From Nitrospirota bacterium (GTDB lineage: Bacteria > Nitrospirota > UBA9217): DNA of 64,000 bases. Below the pieces are notes generated by a model. That model was not told the DNA's origin. It ran no database searches and saw only the letters and a program-made list of their open reading frames with translations. The stretch is from assembly GCA_963751455.1 (NCBI GenBank), contig CAVVUN010000015.1, positions 1,600,001 to 1,664,000 on the forward strand, given 5' to 3'. Position 1 is the first letter of the stretch. Each line of letters begins with the position of its first letter. Shown here piece by piece: positions 11,768 through 22,292 of this stretch. Both the position numbers and the translations under genes were made by a program.

Positions 11768-12129
11768 AGATACTGGTTGTGGAAGACGACAAGAACTTCG
11801 GCTTTGTGCTCAAGGGCGAACTCGAGGAGTCCGGCCACGAAATAGATCTTGCCCTGGACGGGGTCGAAGGCGTTTTGAAATTCATCGACGGCAGTCATGA
11901 TTTCGTTCTGCTCGACATCAAAATGCCGAAACTCGACGGAATCAATGCGCTGCGCATTATCAAAAAAGTGAATCCCCGGGTGCCGGCCATAACCTATTCC
12001 GGAAATGCCGGAAGCGGGGAGATGGCGGAATCCGTCAAGGCAGGCGCGATACGCTGTCTTACCAAACCGTTCGGGATCGGTCAATTGAAGGATGAGATCG
12101 GGAAGTATCGCGTGCGGCACGGAGCATGA
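11764..12129 (+). CDS. Single-domain response regulator (receiver only)
   Basis: ILVVEDD..LLDIKMP..TYS..KPF; ATGA overlap with cheR. Confidence 0.9.
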   Translation: MKILVVEDDKNFGFVLKGELEESGHEIDLALDGVEGVLKFIDGSHDFVLLDIKMPKLDGINALRIIKKVNPRVPAITYSGNAGSGEMAESVKAGAIRCLTKPFGIGQLKDEIGKYRVRHGA

Positions 12130-12130
12130 T

Positions 12131-14146
12131 ATGACCAACAATCTGGGACAGTGGGATGAAAAAGAAGTTGCAGAACTCAAAAAGGTCTTCTACTCCCAGG
12201 CGTATGAGATTGTGGAAGAACTTCAGGACGCACTGCTCAAGCTGGAAGCAGACCCTGCCGATGATGGAGTCCTGAAAACAGTGAAGCGATTCGTCCACAC
12301 GCTCAAGGGAGATTCGAATTCGATCGGGTTGACGTCCGTCGGCACGCTCTGCCACCGGATGGAGGATGTCCTTTCTTCCGTCATGGATGATAACGGCCAC
12401 GCTGTTCATGAAGCACTCGAACTGCTCCTGACCAGTGTGGACACAATGCATGCCATGCTGAGCAGGAGCGAGGAAACTTCGGACGTACGATGCCCTGAGG
12501 AACTGCTCCTGAGGATCAACCGCTTTCTCGGCAGTTCCCGCCAATCGCCGGAGCCGCTTGAACAGGAGCAGGGTCTGAGCGAATACCAGGCGCTCCAGGT
12601 CCGTGAAGCGTTGAAGGAGGGATTTTACATTTATCGTGTGGACGCTCTGTTTCACGCAGAGTGCGCGGAAAGGGCCATCGCAGGCTTGATGGTGCTGCAG
12701 AGACTGAGGGAGATGGGCGAGATTATTGCAGTTACGCCTGACCCGGAAAGCAGCGAAATGGAGCACGCGTGCTCTCTCTCAGTAACGTTCAGTTCACGGG
12801 CTGATAGGGCCGCCGTGAAAGAAAAAGCCTTTGTGACAGGTGTTACCGCCGACGTGACCGCAACAGCCTTGCAGTCCGGGAACGAACATACAGAACCAGC
12901 GGCCGCATCGCCGGTATCGGTCTCCCCGGGTTTGAAGAGGGACATGCTGCGTGTTGAAGCGTCCCGCGTAGACAGGATCATGGACCTCGTGGGAGAACTG
13001 ATAATCGGCCGTTCCATGATCGAGCAGCTGACGAGAGACATCGCGGCAGGCGAGTCTCCCGGCGATGTGGTCGATCGACTGATGGCGGCCAATTCCTACA
13101 TGGAGCGCACGGTCTCGGATCTCCAAAAGGGCGCCATGAAGATGCGTATGGTGACTTTGTATCAGATATTCAGAAAATTTCCCAAAATGGTCCGGGATCT
13201 GTCCGTTGAAAAGGGCAAAAAAGTCGCGCTCGAAATATACGGCAATGAGACTGAGCTGGACAAGGGCATTGTTGACGCGCTCGGAGAGCCGCTTGCGCAT
13301 ATTGTTCGCAATTTTATCGATCACGGCATCGAAAGCCCCGCGGAACGGCGCTCAGCCGGCAAGTCCGACACGGGCCGGATCATATTCAAAGCCTATCACG
13401 AGGCATCCGAGATCGTCATCGAAACCTCGGACGACGGACGCGGTATCGAAACCGCGAAACTCAAACGGAAAGCCGTAGAACGCGGGTTCATAACCGCTGA
13501 AGAGGCGGAGAAGATGCAGGATAAAGATGCCATGAACCTGGTATTTTTATCCGGTCTGAGCACGGCCGAAACCGTGAGCGATACGTCCGGCAGGGGAATC
13601 GGCATGGATGTCGTAAAGAGCGCTGTGGAAAGCATGAAAGGCTCGATCGAGATCGAGTCAAGCCTGGGCCGGGGCACGATGTTTCGCATTCGCCTTCCGC
13701 TCACTCTTGCCGTGATCAAGGCGCTGCTTTTCGAGGTCGGTGAACGGACATACGCCGTACCGGTTGCGATGATTGCAGAAGTTGCAAAAATCCGGATGGA
13801 TGATCTTATTACCGTGGATGGGAAGAAGACCCTTCTCCTGAGAGATCAGATCATCTCCATTATTTCCCTGGAGAATCTTTTTGCTATTGATGGCAACGGA
13901 AAAAAGGGAAAATACGTACTTGTCCTCGGTACGACCGGCAGGAAGATCGGGCTGATGATCGACCGGCTCGTCAGGCAGCAGGAGCTGGTGGTAAAGGCGA
14001 TCGACCACGGCGATGTCCACTCGGATTTCGTCGCCGGCGCATCCATACTCGGCAACGGGATGGTCGTTCTCATTCTTGATGTGACAGCACTGCTCAAAAA
14101 AGCCATCGAGGAAGAAAAAAGAAAAAGACTGGAGGTAAGCGCATAG
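12131..14146 (+). CDS. cheA: Chemotaxis histidine kinase CheA
   Basis: Hpt RFVHTLKG, P2-like domain, dimerisation LVGELII, HIVRNFIDHGIE, SGRGIGMDVV, C-terminal CheW-like domain. Confidence 0.96.
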   Translation: MTNNLGQWDEKEVAELKKVFYSQAYEIVEELQDALLKLEADPADDGVLKTVKRFVHTLKGDSNSIGLTSVGTLCHRMEDVLSSVMDDNGHAVHEALELLLTSVDTMHAMLSRSEETSDVRCPEELLLRINRFLGSSRQSPEPLEQEQGLSEYQALQVREALKEGFYIYRVDALFHAECAERAIAGLMVLQRLREMGEIIAVTPDPESSEMEHACSLSVTFSSRADRAAVKEKAFVTGVTADVTATALQSGNEHTEPAAASPVSVSPGLKRDMLRVEASRVDRIMDLVGELIIGRSMIEQLTRDIAAGESPGDVVDRLMAANSYMERTVSDLQKGAMKMRMVTLYQIFRKFPKMVRDLSVEKGKKVALEIYGNETELDKGIVDALGEPLAHIVRNFIDHGIESPAERRSAGKSDTGRIIFKAYHEASEIVIETSDDGRGIETAKLKRKAVERGFITAEEAEKMQDKDAMNLVFLSGLSTAETVSDTSGRGIGMDVVKSAVESMKGSIEIESSLGRGTMFRIRLPLTLAVIKALLFEVGERTYAVPVAMIAEVAKIRMDDLITVDGKKTLLLRDQIISIISLENLFAIDGNGKKGKYVLVLGTTGRKIGLMIDRLVRQQELVVKAIDHGDVHSDFVAGASILGNGMVVLILDVTALLKKAIEEEKRKRLEVSA

Positions 14147-14243
14147 CGCATGGGGCAGAGCGCATAGCGTAAAGCGATGAAAAACAAGTATGACGCAAAG
14201 ATGAAAATATTTTTTGCCATGCTTTATGCCCTATGCTCTATGC
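14141..14243. repeat. Period-7 inverted-repeat element (GCATAGC type)
   Basis: gcatagc gcatggg gcagagc gcatagc gtaaagc ... gccatgc tttatgc cctatgc tctatgc; contains the cheA stop codon. Confidence 0.8.
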
Positions 14244-14268
14244 GGTTTGCCTTTGAAAGGTATGCGCA

Positions 14269-15342
14269 ATGCGAAAGATAAGGGTCCTCGTAGTCGATGA
14301 TTCAGCGCTGATGCGGAAGATGATCCCACAGATCCTGGCATCCGACCCGGGTATCGAAGTGGTGGGCACGGCAATGGACGGTCTGTTTGCGCTCAAAAAA
14401 GCCAAAAATCTTGAGCCGGATGTCATCACGCTCGATGTGAGCATGCCGCGCATGAACGGCATAGAAACGCTCAGGCATATCGTAGAGGACTTCCGGATTC
14501 CGACCATTATCGTCAGTTCTCTGGCTCAGAAAGAGGCCGAGTTGACCCTGCAGGCCCTCGAGATCGGCGCTTTTGATTTCGTTACCAAGCCGCAGGACGC
14601 CATTTCCGTTCATATCGGGGAGATAAGCCGGGACCTCATCGAAAAAGTAAGGGCTGCGTACGAAAATCCGCCGGTATCGATACGAATGATGAAAATTCGT
14701 TCAGAACTTCTCCCCAGAAAAAAAGCAAAGCCCGCCGCCCCGGTATCGACTGAACACGTGCTCGCCATCGGCGTATCGACGGGCGGTCCGAATGCGCTCA
14801 GCTATCTGCTTCCGCAGATACCGAAGGATTTTCCCGCCGGGATCGTGATAGTGCAGCACATGCCGGCCGGGTTCACCGAGATGTTTTCAGCAAGACTGAA
14901 CGCGGCATGCGACATCGAGGTGAAGCAGGCCATGGACGGGGACCTTGTTATGCCGGGCCGGGCGCTGATTGCGCCGGGTGACAGGCATCTCAAAATCAAA
15001 CGGATGACGCTCGGCACTATTGCCGTACTGTCTGATGCTCCGCATGTGGGCGGACACCGGCCCTCCGTGGATGTCCTTTTCCGGTCGGTGGCCTCAGAGT
15101 ATGGGCAGCAGGCGACCGGCGTCATCATGACCGGCATGGGGTCGGATGGGTCCGACGGTATCGGGGAAATCAAGGCGCGGGGCGGCATGACGATTGCGCA
15201 GGACGAGAACAGCTGCGTTGTCTTCGGAATGCCGAAAGTTGCGATCGAAAAAGGGAACATCGTGAATACGGTTTCTCTTGCCGGGATGGGATCTTTTCTG
15301 CTGGAGCATTTCTCGAAAAAGGAGGCAGCATATGGCAGTTGA
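14269..15342 (+). CDS. cheB: Chemotaxis methylesterase response regulator CheB
   Basis: N-terminal REC; GVSTGGP, IVQHMP, HRPSVDVLF, MTGMGSDG. Confidence 0.96.
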   Translation: MRKIRVLVVDDSALMRKMIPQILASDPGIEVVGTAMDGLFALKKAKNLEPDVITLDVSMPRMNGIETLRHIVEDFRIPTIIVSSLAQKEAELTLQALEIGAFDFVTKPQDAISVHIGEISRDLIEKVRAAYENPPVSIRMMKIRSELLPRKKAKPAAPVSTEHVLAIGVSTGGPNALSYLLPQIPKDFPAGIVIVQHMPAGFTEMFSARLNAACDIEVKQAMDGDLVMPGRALIAPGDRHLKIKRMTLGTIAVLSDAPHVGGHRPSVDVLFRSVASEYGQQATGVIMTGMGSDGSDGIGEIKARGGMTIAQDENSCVVFGMPKVAIEKGNIVNTVSLAGMGSFLLEHFSKKEAAYGS

Positions 15343-15760
15343 TTTCGAAGGTGCGAACAGGAGTTCGTTCAACTGTGTGGTGGCTGATGATTCCGCCTTT
15401 GCAAGAAAGAACATAGCCAAGGTCGTAGCGCAGGTCGGCGGAACCGTAATCGGCGAGGCAGCCAACGGCAATGAGGCACTGGAGTTATACATCAAGCTCC
15501 AGCCCGACATCCTGCTGTTGGACATCACCATGCCGCTGCTTGACGGCGTTGATACGCTCAGAAAGATAGTAGAACTCGACAAAAACGCCAAGGTCATCAT
15601 GGTAAGTTCGATCGGGCACAAGGAAATGATCTGGCGGGCGCTCTGCCTCGGCGCGAAACATTTCATCACCAAACCGTACAATCCGGAGTACGCCGGCCTG
15701 ATAATCAAATCGATCATCGAAGGGAAGGGGGGCGCAGCATTATGCGATACGACTACATAG
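15332..15760 (+). CDS. cheY: CheY-type response regulator
   Basis: RBS GGAGG; ADDSAFAR..GEAANGNEA..LLDITMP..VIMVSS..KPY. Confidence 0.8.
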   Translation: MAVDFEGANRSSFNCVVADDSAFARKNIAKVVAQVGGTVIGEAANGNEALELYIKLQPDILLLDITMPLLDGVDTLRKIVELDKNAKVIMVSSIGHKEMIWRALCLGAKHFITKPYNPEYAGLIIKSIIEGKGGAALCDTTT

Positions 15761-16203
15761 AGCCTTTGGTCGCTTCAACAAAAAAGGTACTGGTCAGCCT
15801 CATGCATGCGGAGATAACCAACGGCGAGACAGCGCTCGTGAAGGGTGATGATCTGAAGGGCGAGGTCTCGATTCTCATAGCCCTCAGGGGAGACTCGGAT
15901 GGCCACATCATCGTAAACCTTGACCGGGACACGGCCGCACGGATTTGCACAGTCATGAACGGGCCGGTGGTCGACGGTTCGACTTCATACGATGTCGATA
16001 CGATCTCGGAGCTTTCCAATATGATCGCGGGGAACGCGGCAAGTTCTCTGAATGACCTGGGGTTCGATTTTGCGGTGTACCCTCCGTGCGTTATGACAGC
16101 CGATGAAATCGGGCGGAAAACACAGGGAGTAGAGGTCTTTCGCGTGCCTCTGGGCACGCCGTGCGGCGAGATTTCGATTAATGTGGCCCTGAAGACGAAT
16201 TGA
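15742..16203 (+). CDS. cheX: CheX/CheC-family phosphatase
   Basis: MRYDYIEP N-terminus; catalytic ExxN in ISELSNMIAGNA followed by PP. Confidence 0.85.
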   Translation: MRYDYIEPLVASTKKVLVSLMHAEITNGETALVKGDDLKGEVSILIALRGDSDGHIIVNLDRDTAARICTVMNGPVVDGSTSYDVDTISELSNMIAGNAASSLNDLGFDFAVYPPCVMTADEIGRKTQGVEVFRVPLGTPCGEISINVALKTN

Positions 16204-16281
16204 AAGCTGCTGTGGGGATGTCGGGTTATTCGAGGAGCCTCCGGGCTCCAGCGGCCGGGCTGTCCGGTCCGGGAGGAAACG

Positions 16282-17325
16282 ATGTCGGATCCCATGAGGA
16301 TACTGTTTGTTGACGACGAGAAGATGATTGTCGAGACGTTTTCCCTGATGCTGACGGACCTCGGCTATTACGTGAAAACCGCGTGCGGCTGCGAAGAAGC
16401 ACTGGGCCTCGCATCGCGCGAGCAATTTGATATAGCCTTTCTCGACCACTTTCTCGGATCGTGCCTCGGACTCGACCTGATGCGCGCCATGGCCGAGGAG
16501 AACCCGGACCTGTCGTATGTTATTGTTACGGCCAACAGCAGCATGGACCTTGCCGTCGAATCCCTGAAGAGCGGCGCGTCGGATTTTATCAGTAAGCCCT
16601 TTCGGGTGGCCGATCTCATCAGGAGTATTGAGTACGTCGGCAAAAAGCGCGAGCTCAAACGGCAAAAGAGAAACTTGCTGGAGAATCTCGAGCACGTTGT
16701 GAATGAAAAGACCGAGGAATTGAAGCAGATCTATACAAATGTGCTGTCGTCTCTGGCCCAGGCAATGGAAAAAAGGGACATCGGGACCTACGGTCACAGC
16801 AGACGGGTCAGTTACCATGCACGGCTCATCGCGGCCGCGCTGGATCTCCCGGAGAAGGAGCGAGCAGACCTCAAAACAGCGGCGCTGCTCCACGATATAG
16901 GAAAAATCGGCATCTCCGATTTTATTCTGGGAAAACAAGGCCAACTCAATGAAGAGGAGCGCCAGGCAATCAAGAACCATCCGCAAAAAGGGTACGAGAT
17001 CCTGAAACCACTCAAACAGTTTGAACCAATACTTCCCGCTATCCTTCATCACCACGAATTTTACAACGGCTTGGGCTACCCCGCCGGTCTTGCGGGCGAA
17101 GCAATCCCTCTTCATGCCAGGATCATTGCCGTTGCGGACACGTATGACGCCATACTGGCTAACAGGCCGTATCGGTCGGGTGCGACCCATGAATCTGCGG
17201 TGAGGGAGCTTTTGCTTTATTCCGGGTCGCAGTTCGATCCTGTAATTGTGAAGGCCTTTGTGGAGACGGACGCCAAATACCGGCATGTAATGGCCGCCGC
17301 ATCAAGCGCGAAGGAATCTGCATAG
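16282..17325 (+). CDS. REC-HD-GYP response regulator (putative c-di-GMP phosphodiesterase)
   Basis: REC, then TYGHSRRV, LLHDIGKIG, HHHEFYNGLGYP, ARIIAVADTYDA, RPYR. Confidence 0.93.
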   Translation: MSDPMRILFVDDEKMIVETFSLMLTDLGYYVKTACGCEEALGLASREQFDIAFLDHFLGSCLGLDLMRAMAEENPDLSYVIVTANSSMDLAVESLKSGASDFISKPFRVADLIRSIEYVGKKRELKRQKRNLLENLEHVVNEKTEELKQIYTNVLSSLAQAMEKRDIGTYGHSRRVSYHARLIAAALDLPEKERADLKTAALLHDIGKIGISDFILGKQGQLNEEERQAIKNHPQKGYEILKPLKQFEPILPAILHHHEFYNGLGYPAGLAGEAIPLHARIIAVADTYDAILANRPYRSGATHESAVRELLLYSGSQFDPVIVKAFVETDAKYRHVMAAASSAKESA

Positions 17326-17383
17326 CGCAGAGCGCATAGGGCATAGCGAAAATATTTTACGCTTTGCGCCATACCCTCTCCGC
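17320..17383. repeat. Period-7 inverted-repeat element (GCATAGC type)
   Basis: gcatagc gcagagc gcatagg gcatagc ... gctttgc gccatac; contains the HD-GYP gene stop codon. Confidence 0.75.
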
Positions 17384-17438
17384 ACGACGCTCCGGAAAAA
17401 ATATTGCGCTGGAGTACGCTTCCAGAAAGGAACAATCC

Positions 17439-18476
17439 ATGAAGAACTCAGTAACGAGAATGCATATTGCTGTCGTGGGGGCAGTACTATTGCTGACGAC
17501 TTTTCTTTTTGCAGCGTCCGCTGCTTCTGCTCATGAATCGCAAACCGGCTTGCGTGACCACGCCTTTACGGACCCGTCCCGACATTTCCCCATGCCGGAC
17601 GACTGGACCACAAAGCCCATCACGTACGAAAATGGAACAGGACAGGCCGATCTAGTGATCGTCATGGACCAGGATATCTATTTTACGCTGCTTCCCATTA
17701 TAGAAAAATTCGGCAAGGACAATAATATCAAAATCGTTGTCAAGGAAGGCACCTGCGGCATTGCCGCGGGCATGCTCGGCAGGAAGTCGGCTGACATGGG
17801 AGGGTTCTGCTGCCCGCCGGGCGCCGAGGACCGCCTGCCCGGATTGCGATTCCATACCATGGGGATTGTTGCGAAGTCGTTTTTTGTTCATCCTGATAAC
17901 CCCGTGGACAGGGTATCATCTTCACAGCTGCAAAAAATCTACCAGGGAAAGATATACAACTGGTCTCAGTTGACCACTGCACAGGGGAGGCGCGGCCCGG
18001 ATTTGAAGATCAAGGCCGTTGCCAGGCTTCACTGCCAGAGAAGACCCGGTCATTGGCGTAAGCTTCTTGATTCGGACAAAGATTTCAGTCCCCGGATTTC
18101 GGAGGTCGGGTCCATACCCGATATGATCGCCCAGGTGGCAGCCTCAAAAAATGCCATCGGTTGGGAAGTGCTGACCATGGTTGAAAAGAACAAAGACAAG
18201 GGCGCGGTCAAGCCCGTAAGCATCGACGGCTTCCGGCCAAACGACTCTTCGGTTCTTGTTTCGCTTAAATATCCCTATTACCGCACATACAATCTGACAA
18301 CCTGGGAAGGAAAGGGACTCGAAAACAAGCATGCAGGCAAACTGGTTGATTACATGATGCGCGAATTCGACAAGCTTGATCCGGACCGGTTCGGGTTTGT
18401 CTCCGCGAGCCGCCTCAGGAAGGCGGGATGGAAATTCAGTGGGAATGAGCTTATCGGTGAACCGGCCCGACAGTAA
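17439..18476 (+). CDS. Cys-rich PstS-fold periplasmic binding protein
   Basis: Signal peptide (AASA-HE); EGTCG..ADMGGFCCPP, VHPDNPV, IYQGKIYNWSQL, YPYYR. Confidence 0.75.
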   Translation: MKNSVTRMHIAVVGAVLLLTTFLFAASAASAHESQTGLRDHAFTDPSRHFPMPDDWTTKPITYENGTGQADLVIVMDQDIYFTLLPIIEKFGKDNNIKIVVKEGTCGIAAGMLGRKSADMGGFCCPPGAEDRLPGLRFHTMGIVAKSFFVHPDNPVDRVSSSQLQKIYQGKIYNWSQLTTAQGRRGPDLKIKAVARLHCQRRPGHWRKLLDSDKDFSPRISEVGSIPDMIAQVAASKNAIGWEVLTMVEKNKDKGAVKPVSIDGFRPNDSSVLVSLKYPYYRTYNLTTWEGKGLENKHAGKLVDYMMREFDKLDPDRFGFVSASRLRKAGWKFSGNELIGEPARQ

Positions 18477-18499
18477 CAGGGCGGGGAACGGAACGGGCA

Positions 18500-20314
18500 A
18501 TGATTACTCTCGTACGGAACTTACTGCACCGCATATCATTGACGCCCAAGATGCTGTTCGTCACCATTCTGGTCGGGGTGGCCGTTTGGGCGGCGTTGGA
18601 CACGGTCCAGAGCAGAAGGCTCCGTGATATGTTCGAGGCTGACCTCTGGCAAAGGCTCCAGAAACATGTTCACCAGGACAGGATCCGGTTCGATAATTAT
18701 GTGGCGAGCTACAACCAGGCTGCGAAACTGATGGTGTCGCAGCACAGCTTCCGTCACTATGTCGCCAATCGGCTGCAGCCGGGCAGTTCGTCCCCGGTCG
18801 CATTTCACCGGGACCTTCCGGCCTGGCTGCCCGATGCAGCTGTAATGAGGAAATTCACGTATATCAACTTCGGGCTGCTTATCGACGAACGCGGACTGGT
18901 CCGGGAGGTTTACCAGGCTCAGCCCGCAGCCCCGCCGGCGTCACTCCTCAGGTCCTCCAAACTCCACAGGCAGTTGAGCCGGAACCAGAGCTTCCTGACG
19001 GAGATTGACGGAAAACCCTTCCTGCTTACCTCCGAATCGCTACCCGGTTCGAAGGGCGCAACGGCGTCGTTGATGCTTGCCGCCCAACTTGACGACGAAT
19101 TTCTTATGAGTTCAAAGAGAGACGCTGGTTTTGAAGGCGAAATTGAGGTACTCGCGGGAGGCGAAGAGCCGCGGATCGTAGCCAGCAACAGACCGGACAT
19201 TGTTCCAGCCGGCGCAAAGCTGTCCGATCTGCGGAACGATTATCTGATTATCGGCAAGTCCTTCTTCGATTCCGGCGCGTCCGACCTTCTGCTGCAGTTG
19301 ACGACCTTGATCTCGAAACGGGAATTCAGAAAGCTGAATGACGCAATCATGACCGCAGAGCGGTTACAGCGCGCGATTGTTGCGCTTGCACTCATTGCCG
19401 CATTTGCTTTTATCATATATTGCATCACGCGTCGAATCCGGCGGCTCACCGATACGATTACGGATTTGTCACAGCACAGGCTCAATTTGGAACCTGCCCG
19501 CCGGGTTGAACGGGGAGACGAACTCTGTGGCCTCGAAGACCAGTTCCGGCATTTCACGGACGAGATCCTGGAATCGCACGAGCGGCTCGAGCAGAGCAAC
19601 CGGCAGCTCCATGAATTCACGTATATCGCTTCGCATGATCTGCAGGAGCCGTTGCGCAAAATCGTCGCCTTCAGCGACCGCTTGAAAGCCGACACAGCCG
19701 GTATTCCCGATGACCGGAGCCGCGACTATCTTAAGCGCATACAGAATGCGGCGACACGGATGCAGACACTGGTGAACGATCTTTTGATCTATTCACGAGT
19801 CACGACCAGGGCCGAGCCGTTCGTTCCTGTGAACCTCGCTACAGTCGTCAAGGAGGTCCTTTCTGATCTTGAAATAAGTATTGAACAGACGGGTGGGCGC
19901 GTCGAGATCGGGAGCCTGCCGACGGTCGAGGCCGACGCGCTGCAGATGCGCCAGCTCTTTCAAAACCTCATCGGCAATGCGCTGAAATTCCATCGAATAC
20001 AGGAACCGCCGTTTGTACAGGTCACGTCATGCATCATTAATGCTGAAAGAAAAAAATCTGTCGGGAATGATGGAGAACTTTGCCGGATAACGGTGGTGGA
20101 CAACGGTATAGGCTTTGAAGAGAAGCATGGAGACCTTATCTTCGGCGTTTTTCAGCGGCTTCACGGCAGAAGCGAGTACGAGGGAACGGGAATTGGTCTT
20201 GCAATCTGCAAGAAGATCGCGGCACGCCACGCGGGGAGCATCAGCGCAAAGAGCAGCCCCGGAAACGGAGCAACCTTTATCGTCACCTTGCCGCTCAAAC
20301 AAGTAAGAGGATAA
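18500..20314 (+). CDS. Membrane sensor histidine kinase (2 TM, HAMP, HisKA, HATPase)
   Basis: YIASHDLQEPLRKI, QNLIGNALKF, DNGIGF, FQRLH, GTGIGLA. Confidence 0.93.
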   Translation: MITLVRNLLHRISLTPKMLFVTILVGVAVWAALDTVQSRRLRDMFEADLWQRLQKHVHQDRIRFDNYVASYNQAAKLMVSQHSFRHYVANRLQPGSSSPVAFHRDLPAWLPDAAVMRKFTYINFGLLIDERGLVREVYQAQPAAPPASLLRSSKLHRQLSRNQSFLTEIDGKPFLLTSESLPGSKGATASLMLAAQLDDEFLMSSKRDAGFEGEIEVLAGGEEPRIVASNRPDIVPAGAKLSDLRNDYLIIGKSFFDSGASDLLLQLTTLISKREFRKLNDAIMTAERLQRAIVALALIAAFAFIIYCITRRIRRLTDTITDLSQHRLNLEPARRVERGDELCGLEDQFRHFTDEILESHERLEQSNRQLHEFTYIASHDLQEPLRKIVAFSDRLKADTAGIPDDRSRDYLKRIQNAATRMQTLVNDLLIYSRVTTRAEPFVPVNLATVVKEVLSDLEISIEQTGGRVEIGSLPTVEADALQMRQLFQNLIGNALKFHRIQEPPFVQVTSCIINAERKKSVGNDGELCRITVVDNGIGFEEKHGDLIFGVFQRLHGRSEYEGTGIGLAICKKIAARHAGSISAKSSPGNGATFIVTLPLKQVRG

Positions 20315-20318
20315 ACCT

Positions 20319-22229
20319 ATGGATAAAAAGGTAAGGCCAACAGAGGATCGGCAAGCTGGTTCCTTTCAAGGACATGCTATCGGCCATGAGGACCCGGAGA
20401 AAATTCCGGCTCAAGACAGGCGGATGACTGCAGGGATGCGGAGCATGACGGAAAAGCGGCACGTAAAAATACTTCTCGTCGATGACGATGAGGACGATTA
20501 TATCATAACCCGGGACATGCTTCGCGAGGCCCGGCGGACCGTCTGCCAACTGGACTGGGCGCCGACCTTTGAGGCGGGCCGGGATGCGATCATGCGCAAA
20601 GAGCATGATCTTTATCTCCTGGATTTTCGCCTCGGCAAGCATACGGGCCTGGAGCTTCTGACTCTCGTTGCCGGGGAGTGTTGCAAAGCCCCGGTCATTC
20701 TGTTGACCGGCCAGGGAGACCACGACGCGGACATAGAAGCAATGAGGGCCGGGGCGTCGGATTACCTCGTAAAAGGCGGCATCGACGCGCCGCTCCTTGA
20801 GCGGTCTATCTTGTATTCCCTAGAGCGCAAACAGTGGGAAGAACAGATCCGGCAGCTCGCATATTATGACTGCCTGACCAATTTGCCGAACAGGATGCTG
20901 TTTGAAGACCGGCTGGAACAGACGGTGGAACAGGCCAGGCGGTACGAACGGCTTACCGGAGTGCTGTTTCTGGATCTGGACAATTTCAAGCGCATAAACG
21001 ACACGCTCGGACACCGCATGGGAGACCTGCTGCTCAAAATGGTCGCTGAGCGGCTGATGGGCTGCGTGCGCGGAAGCGATTCCGTGGCGCGCCCAAGCAC
21101 GGATGAAAAAAACAGTACGGTTTCACGCCTCGGCGGAGACGAGTTCACCATCATCCTTGTGGAGCTCAGGCATGCTCACGACGCCGCTACAGTGGCGCAG
21201 CGCATTATCGATGAGATGTCAAGGCCGTTCTTGCTTGGCGGGCGTGAAGTGTTCATCTCGGTCAGCATAGGCATCGGCATTTGTCCGCAGGACGGTGAAG
21301 ATGTGACGACGCTGCTCAGGAACGCTGATGCGGCCATGTACTATGCAAAAGAGCAGGGTAAAAGCAACTACCAGTTTTATGCAAAGTCGATTAACTCAGC
21401 GTCGCTGCAAAGGCTTGCGCTCGAAAACGATCTGCGAAAGGCCCTGGAGCGAAATGAGTTTCAGGTGTATTACCAGCCGCAGATAGAGATCAGTACAGGC
21501 AAGATGATAGGCATGGAGGCGCTGCTTCGATGGCGGCGTGGGGGCGGGGAGATGATTTCTCCGGGGGAGTTCATTCCTCTTGCTGAAGAAATCGGGCTGA
21601 TCGTGCAGATCGGGGAGTGGGTACTTCATAACGCGTGCATGCAGAACAGCGCATGGCAGAAAGCGGGTTTTCCACGCATACCGGTTTCAGTGAACCTGTC
21701 TTCCCACCAGTTCAGGCACCGCGGCATTCTAAAAACCATTACCGAGGCTTTAAGCGCCTCGGGACTTGACCCTGAATGCCTGATCCTGGAAATCACTGAA
21801 ACCGTTATCATGCAGAATACGGACGCAACCCTCCGCACGCTCCATCAACTGAACGCGATGGGCCTGCGGCTTTCACTTGATGATTTCGGCACAGGGTATT
21901 CGTCTTTGAGTTATTTGAATCGATTCCCTCTCTTTGCCATAAAGATCGACCGTTCTTTTACGAAAGATATCACGGTGGATGCGTATAGCGCGGCCATTAC
22001 CAGGGCAATCATTGCGATGGCGCACAGCCTCGCTATGAAGGTCGTTTCAGAAGGCGTGGAAACAGAGGAGCAGCTCGGTTTTTTATCGAACCTGAATTGC
22101 GACGAGATGCAGGGGTATCTCGTAAGCAAGCCGCTCGCGGTAGAGGAGGTTACGAAGCTTCTTGCAAGGGAAAAGGCCGGAACGGGCGTAGGACTTGCGA
22201 TCTGTGCAAAAAGCCTACGTTCGCAATGA
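20319..22229 (+). CDS. REC-GGDEF-EAL protein; start may be ATG 20445
   Basis: ILLVDDDEDD..LLDFRL; YDCLTNLPNR; RLGGDEF; GMEALLRW; DDFGTGYSS; EGVET. Confidence 0.95.
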   Translation: MDKKVRPTEDRQAGSFQGHAIGHEDPEKIPAQDRRMTAGMRSMTEKRHVKILLVDDDEDDYIITRDMLREARRTVCQLDWAPTFEAGRDAIMRKEHDLYLLDFRLGKHTGLELLTLVAGECCKAPVILLTGQGDHDADIEAMRAGASDYLVKGGIDAPLLERSILYSLERKQWEEQIRQLAYYDCLTNLPNRMLFEDRLEQTVEQARRYERLTGVLFLDLDNFKRINDTLGHRMGDLLLKMVAERLMGCVRGSDSVARPSTDEKNSTVSRLGGDEFTIILVELRHAHDAATVAQRIIDEMSRPFLLGGREVFISVSIGIGICPQDGEDVTTLLRNADAAMYYAKEQGKSNYQFYAKSINSASLQRLALENDLRKALERNEFQVYYQPQIEISTGKMIGMEALLRWRRGGGEMISPGEFIPLAEEIGLIVQIGEWVLHNACMQNSAWQKAGFPRIPVSVNLSSHQFRHRGILKTITEALSASGLDPECLILEITETVIMQNTDATLRTLHQLNAMGLRLSLDDFGTGYSSLSYLNRFPLFAIKIDRSFTKDITVDAYSAAITRAIIAMAHSLAMKVVSEGVETEEQLGFLSNLNCDEMQGYLVSKPLAVEEVTKLLAREKAGTGVGLAICAKSLRSQ

Positions 22230-22292
22230 TACCATGAAAAATGTGAAATTTCGAAATGCATTTGTCGGCGCAAAAATAGGCGGTGAAAGTAC

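Noticed and set aside
15985-17286. Long antisense ORFs (15985-17286, 25457-26419, 41671-42687, 61987-63258 and similar)
   Set aside because: Shadow frames opposite well-supported genes, with no recognisable motifs.
20319-20445. Remnant of a deleted Rcp1-like receiver gene between the kinase and the GGDEF-EAL gene
   Set aside because: Plausible from typical gene order, but no receiver motif is recognisable.
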